Under the pieces are notes generated by a model, which searched no databases, had not been told where the DNA came from, and worked only from the letters and a program-made list of their open reading frames with translations. The position numbers and the translations under genes were made by a program. From NCBI GenBank assembly GCA_000934665.2, contig JYFJ02003385.1, forward strand, positions 1-42,582: a stretch of DNA of 42,582 nucleotides, written 5' to 3'. The stretch is from Catajapyx aquilonaris. Its lineage: Eukaryota. This document shows, piece by piece, positions 25,723-34,659 of this stretch. How positions within the stretch are numbered: position 1 is the stretch's first letter; each line of letters starts with the position of its first letter.

Positions 25723-26810
25723 CAGTGATGGGGAAGATACTTTCAAAAAGTATCTACATAAAGATACTATAGATACTTGGAAATATTTCCATCTAGATCA
25801 GTGCTTCCCAATTTCTTTATATTATTTGTGCAAATTAAAGTCCAAACAAGTATCACTTGCTCTGGACTCTACCGCTTACAGCCAGTTTCCACTTGCACAA
25901 TATGCTGCCAAAAACTTTTCGAAATTTTCCTCTGCTTGGAACAATCAGAGGAAAACTTAGAAAATATTTGGCATACGCGTAACGGAAACGTGATTCGCAG
26001 TATTACTTCTGAACGATTTTGGTCCTTTCAGGAGCACAAAAAATACTCCGCAAAAAACAAACATGTCTCTGAAGGAATAGGTCCGGCGGAATAGGCCCAA
26101 AAAGTTCCGAAATTGCTTCAAAAAGTTCAAAAACTACCCCCCAAAAATGCCGAATAGTAGGCATGAATAGTTTAAAAAAGCCAGAATATGCAAAATAGTT
26201 CCCAAAACCACGAGATAGGCAATTTTAGGCACTATAAAACCTACATTTTCCACATCCTGAACTTATGAAACGGATTAATCTCTTCACAAAACCATCCCAA
26301 CTGCAAAATAACTATAGGCATTTGCCTAAAAATCTGGACTCGAATAATTAAGCTACTCTACAGTCTACTGCTATGAGTGCTGCTATCAATTTCGCTATGT
26401 TTTATTATTCTGTTTGGTAACGAAAAATTAAACCATTGTACAGTAATTTTGTCTGTGAGCACTGAGCAGTGCTCACAGACCTCAGCGCTCATGCACTGCT
26501 GGTGGAATCGGCTCTTAGCTTCTGGCACTGAAGCACAGCTGACAGGCACACTAACTTTTGGCATTACCCGTTTACCACCAAGCCACCAGCACCACTATGC
26601 AATATCAATATGCATGCAACACTTCATTATTATCTCTGTGTAGGGGGATCATGTTTTCAGCAGGAAAATCACCTAAAAAGTATCTGGTGATGCCACGCAG
26701 ATACTCTATGTAAAGTAGCTAGATACAAGTATAGATACGCAAACTTCAAATTAATTATCTAGATGAGATAAAAGATACTCATTTTGGTATCTAGATATTC
26801 CCCATCACTG
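25723..26810. mobile_element. hAT-type non-autonomous element with AGATAC subterminal repeats, probably containing nested insertions
   Basis: TIR CAGTGATGGGGAA / TTCCCCATCACTG; 8-bp TSD AACTTGGT / AACTTGAA; multiple AGATAC/GTATCT motifs at both ends; a second hAT-like end CAGTGCTTCCCAA at 25799. Confidence 0.8.
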
Positions 26811-27970
26811 AACTTGAAGGCAACATTAATCATTATACAGTAAATATCACATTGAAATAGGAATTTAGTTAATTTTTCATAAATAATGTATTTTACAAGT
26901 TCATTATTGCTTACATGGTAAGGGAAGGACTACCAGTAACATGTAAACTTATTTCCGAGCTTATTTCAGTCATGAATAATACAAGGCAACACCTTAGATT
27001 TGTACAGATTAGTAATAATCATACTCAGTAACATGTCCAAGTGTTTAGACCCCAACAATATATTAGTGATGTATTTGCGTAAATCTGACATAATTCAGGA
27101 TCTTCAGTTTCAATCCTGGGTCATGCATGGCTCGCGAAAAAATAATAGATATGTTTTGCTGAATTACCATTAATTTTAATGGAGCCAAATTCTTGGACAT
27201 GTGACTGTGACTGATGAAATGCCACACGTTTTTTTGGGTGCATTATCGAGAAAAACAAATTCCAGCATATACACATTCCACTAGCGTTTCTCTTTCATTT
27301 GATGTATACGTTGATTGGGTTTTGACCACTTCCAATTACCGAAAAAATTATCCAAAAAACGTCCCACATCCAAAATTTCGCGATTTTTTCCCTCCCCAGA
27401 GTATTTCTCAATTTGGCTGAAACTGCAGTGTTACGGCATAGGCATGTTCAGCTGTGATTATTTTCAGAAAAATCCGAGATGGTCTAGCAACATTTAGGCC
27501 CACTTGATTGGGAAAAACTGCTATTTATGAGGATTTTGGTTTTTTGACTGCCCCGAGGTCAAAAACAAATCGAAGACAAAATTAATGGTCATTGTGAGTT
27601 ACTTGTGACCTGGCGGATGGAAATAGCGATGAATTTCCATGGACAAATATCGTGTTGCATAGTGTAATGATTGATGGTCCAGTTGCTGGTTGAGTCAAAT
27701 TGCTTCCAAATTTTTAGTTTGAAGGATCAACAAAATGGAGTTAGTTTATTTCTGTGACAAGTGCACGCTGTGAGGGCAAAATTAATGGTGAACCTTGCAC
27801 CCCACATGAAAGAGAGCCAAAAAAAATTGCCCCCTTTGCAAAAATGCGCGACCCCCCTAGCTACGCCACTGCATCAATAGCAGAATACATCTGCTTCTGA
27901 AAGAAAAATCGGACTTCAGTCTGCTTTAAGGACTTTAAGAATGTTATAACTTATCATTTGGGTGCCTTCT

Positions 27971-28330
27971 GGGGAGGTGTGGTGGCCGAGATGGTAGGTC
28001 TCGGCTTGCTGAGTGAAAGGCCCCAGGTTCCATCCCCGCCTGGGGAACTTTCCTTTCACGTGTGTCAGGAGGTACTCTCACCTGCACCAAGGAGGTGTCT
28101 GGCAACCTAACCTCCTGGGGAACAGCACATAACCCATAGATACGACTTTGCACCTTGCACCCATGTTCCCTCCCCAAAAATCCCTATCCTTTCCCATTGT
28201 CCCTGTTTCTTTGCACCAGAGTATGAAGTAGAAAAATATATAGAAAACTGATGGTGGTATGCCACCCCCCTATAGCTCCCATCAAGGGACATCACGGGGT
28301 AAAATAAAATAAATAAATAAATAAATAAAT
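27971..28330 (+). mobile_element. tRNA-derived SINE, family B
   Basis: A box TGGCCGAGATGG, degenerate B box GGTTCCATCCC, (AAAT)n tail, perfect 17-bp flanking repeat ATTTGGGTGCCTTCTGG (27956-27972 / 28329-28345). Confidence 0.88.
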
Positions 28331-28789
28331 TTGGGTGCCTTCTGGAGCAGGCTGTCATCTCGTTGTATTCCAATGAGTTCAGGTTGGAGCTACTGTACCA
28401 AAAGACCAACTCCACATGAGCTCCTAATGAAAGGTCTCAGAACAACTGTAAATGTATAACAAGGCAAAGTCCTTGAGAAAATTAATACAATCATAGCCGT
28501 CACTTGAGCTTTCAAAAAGAATTTGAAACAGTGCAGAAAGAATTCATATTAACCTTCTGGAAGCCCTTATCACAACCCTTTGTACTACAACTGTAGTCTG
28601 AGTTGGGCCTGGTAAGCTGCTATAGATGGTATTCAAATATTGGGCACCTGAAAAAGTATCTTGCCTCAGCAAGAACCAGCAATTCTGTGGAGAGGGTCTA
28701 TGCCACAACATAGTAGTAGACCCAGGTCATTCAGAATGACATTACTCCATTACGATCCGTTAGGTGAACCCTCTGATGTAACACAGTTG

Positions 28790-29075
28790 TTTTTTGTTTT
28801 TTTTTACCCCGTTATCAGCCATCGGCTCTTTAGGGGGGACGTTTGTTTTGCCTGGAACGCTTTGCTTTTCATTTTACTGCGCTCTTTGGGATAGGATAGG
28901 GACGGAAGGAAGCGACTGTGGCCTATTAATTACGGAAGCATCTCCGGAATTTCCCTGGAAGGACCGTGGGAAACCACAGAAAACCACGGTCAGAGTTGCC
29001 GGCCCCGGGATTCGAACCCAGGACCTCCCGATTAGCAGTCGGACGCCTTATCCACTATGCCAACCTGCTTCGGTT
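28790..29075 (-). mobile_element. tRNA-derived SINE, family A copy 3 (best preserved)
   Basis: The - strand has A box TGGCATAGTGG, B box GGTTCGAATCC and a poly(A) tail. Perfect 16-bp TSD TGATGTAACACAGTTG (28774-28789 / 29076-29091). Confidence 0.93.
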
Positions 29076-29258
29076 TGATGTAACACAGTTGAGGAGAGTC
29101 TCTCAGAGTCTGGCAATGTTTTTCTTGTTACATTTAGTGACAGTATTTATGGCAAACCAGGGATGTACCATCATGAGCTAAAGGTAAGCATATGGGAACA
29201 AAAAGGCCACTGTCAGCTTGTCAATTTCAACCTAAATAGACAAAATACCGTACATATC

Positions 29259-29591
29259 GGAGAGGCGGAGTGGTACTGCGGTAACGTATGCGCCCACGGA
29301 TGTTAAAGTCCCGGGTTCGAATCCAACCCGGGGACACCCCCTTCATCTCGTGCAGAGTTATGAGTCGTCTCTGACTTCGTCTCGGGTGGAATTTCCTTAG
29401 ACTAATCCACCCGGGGAAGCTCACAAAACGATCACATTTCAGACAAGGCACTGCGCCTGCACATCCCCTCCTGTCATCCCATCCTGCCCGTGAGCCCGGG
29501 CGTCGTAAAAATAGGATTCCAAGTTGTAAAAACACCTCAAAAATAAATAAAGGTCTGGCAGAAAACCCCTAGGGGTACGCCTATCACCATT
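29259..29591 (+). mobile_element. tRNA-derived SINE, family C
   Basis: A-box-like TGGTACTGCGG, B box GGTTCGAATCC. 14-bp TSD ATACCGTACATATC (29245-29258) / ATACTGTACATATC (29592-29605). Confidence 0.85.
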
Positions 29592-29646
29592 ATACTGTAC
29601 ATATCAGACAGCCTACATTGTACTTTGGATTGCTTTCATTACTGGC

Positions 29647-29912
29647 CTGCCCCCCGATGGTATCTCCACCTTATCGTGGTGGTGGGGTTTGCGTTTCTCC
29701 CGTGACCCCAAGAGTTATGCCAGCGGTAGCTTCGTCTACTGGCAGGGCCACCCAAGCCGGACAGGTCTTTGGGATAGGAGACAGACTAAGAGAGATACCA
29801 GTCTTTCCTCTCTTCTTTTTCCTCTTCGTTTCTCTCTCCATCTGTGCCACTTTGCGTCTTCTTATAGCCAGATAGCCATAGTTGCTTCTTCCGAATAAAC
29901 CAAACTAAACCA
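29647..29912 (+). mobile_element. Short non-autonomous retroposon with an RTE/Ingi-like 5' end and (AAACY)n tail
   Basis: TSD ATTACTGGC (29638-29646 / 29913-29921) and tail AATAAACCAAACTAAACC. 5' motifs CACCTTATCGTGGTG...GGGG and AGGGCCACCCAAG.CGGACAGGTC resemble, from memory, the 5' ends of RTE-clade LINEs (Expander/BovB). No Pol III A/B boxes. Confidence 0.8.
29650..29799 (+). ncRNA. Putative HDV-like self-cleaving ribozyme
   Basis: Manual fold: P1 CCCCCC 29650-55 / GTGGGG 29682-87 (1 mismatch); P2 GGTATCTC 29659-66 / GAGATACC 29792-99 (perfect); P3 CAC/GTG around loop CTTATCGTG; extended P4 closed by TCTCC/GGAGA; J4/2 CTAA at 29786-89. Confidence 0.65.
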
Positions 29913-30343
29913 ATTACTGGCGTGTTTCAGGAGTTCTGTACAAAGTTACTGTTGAAATGTGCCTAGTGCCTACGTTTCCCTCTTAAAGATATGCTTCACA
30001 AGGACTTTTGAGTATGCTTTCGTGCTCAAAAGTCCCTATCAACTGCCTATACAAATTATGCGATATTTAGTTATATTCAATAATATTTTATGAATGATCT
30101 TAAAAAGTATACATTTACAATAATTACAGGAGAACATTTGCTTACACATGATGCACTTCCTGGCATGAATTATTTTCTGAATGAGTTTGTGTTAGCTTCT
30201 GTGCCTGAACTTTCAAGTCATTTTGATGCAGTCTTGTCCGGTCTTGTCTCTTTGTGAACAAAGCGGGTGGTGGGCGAGGGAGCAGCCAGGGGGCTCGAAA
30301 AAAGTCTTATAGAACACTGTGTGTGTCTGTCTAATACATGTCC

Positions 30344-30344
<1 letters not shown>

Positions 30345-30376
<32 letters not shown>
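30345..30376. repeat. (CAGA)n microsatellite, probably in the NUP42 3' UTR
   Basis: About 8 perfect tetranucleotide units roughly 200 bp past the NUP42 stop. Confidence 0.95.
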
Positions 30377-30579
30377 GCAGTTCTCTAAGAGTTTTCTTCT
30401 AAAAAGTCTAAAACTGAAACCATATAGGCATTTAACAAATAAAATCCAAAACCATGGTCATTTTTAACACAAAAACCGATGAATTAGCAATATAAGTCAC
30501 AGTCTCCAATTACAAATTTTAGCTTTAGAACACTCACGGTCATAACAGTTGAATAAAGCAACTCACAAGATGCCTCATA

Positions 30580-31242
30580 TTAGCACAATTCACGAGGAGG
30601 CGGCCTTAGTGGCACTTTTCCTGCAGTAAATGTGGGTGCCTCAAATGCTGCCCTCTCTTCTTCTGTGAGTTGATCAAGTGGGGTGTAACAATCATCGGTA
30701 TTAGACTGAGGCTCCTTCTGTGAGGCAAATCCACCCCCAAATCCAACTGAAGGTTGCCTTGAGGAATCAATCATAGGCTTCCCAAAGAGCATCCTTGGAC
30801 CATCACCAGTACCAATATGGGGCTGGGGCTGGGGCTGCAGCTGAGGCTGCATTATGACTGAGGATTGAAACCCATCACCAGATTGTTGGTCCATCATAGA
30901 TAGGGTACCTGAAAATGCATTGCCAAAACCAGAAGGCTCGCCTGAAGATGGAGTTGCTCCAAATGCACTGCCACGATCTTGATTTAAGTGTGTCAAGGTG
31001 AATGAAAAGTTGGAAGAGGGACTTTGGGGAGAAGTGGCCTGCTGGCCACTTGGTGCAAAGGTGTTGGACCCACCACCAAAGATGGGAGACTTGGCAGCGG
31101 TAACACTCCCAAATGGTGCCTGCACAGTAGCAGCACCACCCCCGAAAAGAGAGCCACTTGGCTGTTGGTCACTGGTCGTATGCAGGGAAAAGGTGAAAGT
31201 GCTTTTTCGGTCCAAGTCCTTACTGCCACAACACATTTCTTG
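30580..31242 (-). CDS. NUP42: Nucleoporin NUP42/NUPL2 (CG1), exon 6 (last): FG-repeat region and C-terminal Gle1-binding motif
   Basis: Acceptor CTTTCCAG|CAA GAA ATG (phase 0). FG repeats (LFGG, PFG, IFGG, AFG, GFG) and C-terminus YTPLDQLTEEERAAFEAPTFTAGKVPLRPPPRELC*. The joined CDS of 6 exons is 1311 nt, 436 aa. Confidence 0.93.
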   Translation of the reverse strand, partial: QEMCCGSKDLDRKSTFTFSLHTTSDQQPSGSLFGGGAATVQAPFGSVTAAKSPIFGGGSNTFAPSGQQATSPQSPSSNFSFTLTHLNQDRGSAFGATPSSGEPSGFGNAFSGTLSMMDQQSGDGFQSSVIMQPQLQPQPQPHIGTGDGPRMLFGKPMIDSSRQPSVGFGGGFASQKEPQSNTDDCYTPLDQLTEEERAAFEAPTFTAGKVPLRPPPRELC

Positions 31243-32425
31243 CTGGAAAGTGAAACAGGATTAATAAACAACAACAATACTAGTCATCATAATCACAACA
31301 AGATTTTAGAAACTACAGGAGCAGCAGCAGCAGCATCTGAAAGAACCCAGTGTCAATGAGCCTCTTATCCTTTAATAACTCAAAGATTAACTCCTCAGAT
31401 TCCCTTCTGTAATAGGTAAAATTCAGTGCAGCAGTAAAATTACGAAAGACATTAATTAGCATCAGTAAAATATCAAGGCTACCTTACGTATTCTACGTAG
31501 TGTTCTTCAACCCATTTCACCCCCCTCGTCCACCCTTTTCATTTCATTACGTACCACCAAGAAAGGAAGTGCAGTGCTAAGTGTTGGCATATTTGTCCAT
31601 TTACTTATTGTTTCATTATTTAGCAATGGGGTTGTTCAGAACAAAAAAATATAAATAGCTACAGCTGTTCAACCTCAGAAGGTATGTGTCAAATAATAAT
31701 TACTTATTCATGCAATATGATTTAAGTATGTACACAAACTAAATCTCCCTAGTTAAGTTACCCAACAACAAACTAATAAAAGCAACTTAATATTTCCTGC
31801 TCACTGAAAAACAGCCAAAGAAGCCGAACTTTTGTAAGCAATGTGTTGTCTTTGTTGAACCATTCCGCACATGCATTAGCATGAAGCACATTAATATTAT
31901 AAAACTTTCAAACACATGGATCATGCTCATTTTTGAAAAATGTGTACCATCTTACCTGAATCCCACCCACTGCAGACACCCCAATGCAATAGCTTCAGGT
32001 GATAAGCTTGACAAGATATATAATTGCCATGTGTTATGCATTTGACATAATGTAGCCTACCCAAGAATTATCACATGTAAGGCAGATCCTTGCAGATTTT
32101 TGTCCCTTATTTATCACATTCTGGTGGTCCAGAGTGGGTAGGTTTAAGGTAAAATGGAGAGTGGGAGGTGCCTTTTAAAACGCCACAAACATTAATGAAG
32201 AATCAGTTACTTCAGCCATATTGTCTCCTTTTACAATGCCAAACAAACCTTAGGGAACCTGATTGCGTAAGTTCAACTGAATGCAATGAAAATCCCAATT
32301 CCCCTCCCCTTTTCCCTTTCTCCACTGCATGGTGTTAGAAGAAAAATTCCGAAAAATTTACATGAAAAATGGTGGTATTCCACCCCCCTAAAGGAGCGCT
32401 GATATTCTCCCAATGGGCTAAGTAA

Positions 32426-32426
<1 letters not shown>

Positions 32427-32494
<68 letters not shown>
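32427..32494. repeat. (AAT)n microsatellite in NUP42 intron 5
   Basis: About 22 perfect units; explains the poly-L ORF. Confidence 0.98.
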
Positions 32495-32496
<2 letters not shown>

Positions 32497-32528
32497 AAAA
32501 AAACTGAATGCAATGAAAAGTAAATTAC

Positions 32529-32612
32529 CAGAAAACCAATCGCTTCCTTTGTCATCCTCTTGATGCTGTCCCTTTCCTTTGAATTTTGCAGCCGTACCTG
32601 CTGTATTGCATC
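32529..32612 (-). CDS. NUP42: NUP42 exon 5 (DAIQQVRLQNSKERDSIKRMTKEAIGFL)
   Basis: TTACAG| acceptor and |GTAATT donor; 84 nt, phase 0-0; keeps the frame between exons 4 and 6. Confidence 0.78.
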
Positions 32613-32689
32613 CTGTAACAGGGCAAAAGCACATGATAATCAACCCTCAAAAATAACTTTCCAAAGGTCAAATTTTAGCATCCACTTAC

Positions 32690-32858
32690 ATGTAATGGTG
32701 AACTCCCCTTGTGACTTAGTTCATAATGTGCTAATCGCACTTCTTCAGGACTGATATCTTCTAATCCTGGATAGCAGGACTTGACAAGAGGTGAAAAGAC
32801 TGAGAGAAGCCACTGGCCACTTTTTTCCCATAAATTAACTTCTTGTATCACAGGTTTT
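32690..32858 (-). CDS. NUP42: NUP42 exon 4 (conserved central domain)
   Basis: KPVIQEVNLWEKSGQWLLSVFSPLVKSCYPGLEDISPEEVRLAHYE matches the NUPL2 WE.SGQW..S..SP / DISPEE.RL motifs. TTGCAG| acceptor and |GTAAGT donor. Confidence 0.93.
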
Positions 32859-33939
32859 CTGCAACAGAATAGCACGTTCCAAGTGGCATCCATTATAAGA
32901 TTAAAGCGTATCTATTCCACAACTTGAATGTTTGTGTAGCTATCACTGTGATCAAGTTATTCTTTGAGCCAAATGGCCAATGGGGGTAGATTGAATGCAC
33001 TCTACTGAAGACTCCTGAAGCGAAATTAAGCCTTTAGACTTTAGCATGATGTCAGTAGAGAGAGAAACGACACTATGACAACAAAACTTTTACCATCCTG
33101 GCTCAGAAAATCATATGGCCGAAGACTTAATACAAACAAAGCAAGCAAATCAAGGCAGTTAGTGATGTATGTGACCCAAGTCAAATGATACATACTGTAC
33201 ATTCTAAGTAGTGCAAATAATTAGTAGTTCTTAATTTGCCAAAGTGACTGTTATGAAAGATGTGACAATTATGAGACTGAGGAGACTACTGCATCTTCTA
33301 GTAGCATTGAACATTAAAGCAGAAGGAATTCATTATGGTACATTATAAAGTCTTGGTGTATAAAATTCCACATCCATGATACTGTTATCAGATAGCTTGT
33401 CTGTTATTTGTACACTGTACTCAGGCCTGGACTTCCAAATAGGCAAAGTATGCAACTGCCTAGAGCAGCAAATTTTTAGGGGTGGCAAATTTGGGGGGCG
33501 AAATTGTCTCTGGTACTGTGGAAAAAATTGCAGCGGAGTTGTATTCCCGGTTGTCATTCCAGTTCACGTTCCAGTTCAATATCATCAAATAGGCCTACGT
33601 ACCCATTCAAATCTCCCAGTAGCTTGTGTGACCTTGAACCCAAAAGAATTTCGCCTGCGCCGGGCTCTCATCCCTCACATTGCGCTTTCCTTATTTGGCG
33701 CCCCCCTCCCGAAATTATTTCTGCCTATGCACCTGTATTACCTGCATGATCATTCTGCATATTCACGTTACAGAAGGAATTGGTGGGGGGAGGGGGGGCG
33801 GCAGATGACCAACTGCCTGCACACGACAAAAGTATAAGTACTGCCCAGACTGTACCCATAGTTGCAGCGTTATTTCATATCATGGTTTTTAATTGATCCA
33901 GAGCCAAATAATTGTCCGAAATTTATCAACTCCACTTAC

Positions 33940-34099
33940 ATTAAGTCTTTCAATTCAATCGGGACTACTGCTGGTTGGTGTTGTTGCTGTTGCTGCTGTT
34001 GCTGCTGCTGTGGAGCAACATGTTTTGTCTCCTTCTCCCCATAAAAATATCTGTTCTGGTAGTGTGAACCTCCTCTGTAGTCATCATAACTGCCTTTGG
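33940..34099 (-). CDS. NUP42: NUP42 exon 3 (Y/G-rich then poly-Q)
   Basis: TTTTAAAG| acceptor and |GTAAGT donor; encodes AKGSYDDYRGGSHYQNRYFYGEKETKHVAPQ10HQPAVVPIELKDLI; phases 1 and 2 fit the neighbours. Confidence 0.82.
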
Positions 34100-34356
34100 C
34101 TTTAAAATAATAATAATTAATTATTAATAATAATAAATCATGAAACTCATTTACAATGTAAATTGAATTTTGTCAGAATGTTACTCCTAACACAATCTTA
34201 AATAGTACCTGAAGCAACACTTAAATGCATACTGGCATTACATTACATGTACACATGTATAACATATATTACCAGAGCATGTGGAAAGTTGTCAACCTCT
34301 TGGCATAAGGCAGCCGTTCATCTCACACCATGATACAAGATCAACAGGGGGCTTAC

Positions 34357-34515
34357 CTTGGTATCCATAATCCTTTGCATATCCATAATCCTTCTCGTAC
34401 CCATAATCTTTATTGTACGCATCATTCCCCGAGTATCCATAACTTTGGTCATATCCGTAATCGTATTCCTCTCCCCTGCCACCCCGCTGGTACTGGGTAG
34501 CGTCATATCCAACCT
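34357..34515 (-). CDS. NUP42: NUP42 exon 2 (Tyr/Gly/Asp-rich low-complexity)
   Basis: TTTCCAG| acceptor and AAG|GTAAG donor; 159 nt, phase 1-1; EVGYDATQYQRGGRGEEYDYGYDQSYGYSGNDAYNKDYGYEKDYGYAKDYGYQ. Confidence 0.82.
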
Positions 34516-34583
34516 CTGGAAATGNCCCCCCCAAGCATGTCATCATCCTGCATCCGCACTCAGACGGAGCAATAATGCCTCAC

Positions 34584-34659
34584 CTGACCCCGGGTGTTCG
34601 TAGTAGCACCGGTTGCCGTACCGGCAATTCCCTTTCATGTAGAACTTGCAGATCGGCAT
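34584..34659 (-). CDS. NUP42: NUP42 exon 1 (C3H1 zinc finger)
   Basis: MPICKFYMKGNCRYGNRCYYEHPGS is a C-x7-C-x5-C-x3-H finger at the extreme N-terminus, as in NUPL2. CAG|GTGAG donor. Confidence 0.93.

Noticed and set aside
28998..29075. Functional tRNA-Ser(GCT) gene (and similar heads at 27971 and 29259)
   Set aside because: A/B boxes are embedded in longer TSD-flanked, tailed elements. There is no proper acceptor stem or long variable arm, so these are SINE heads.
31956..32010. Possible extra NUP42 exon with a CAG|GTAAG donor in intron 5
   Set aside because: No convincing acceptor giving an open phase 0-0 exon; exons 5 and 6 already join in frame to a normal-length protein.
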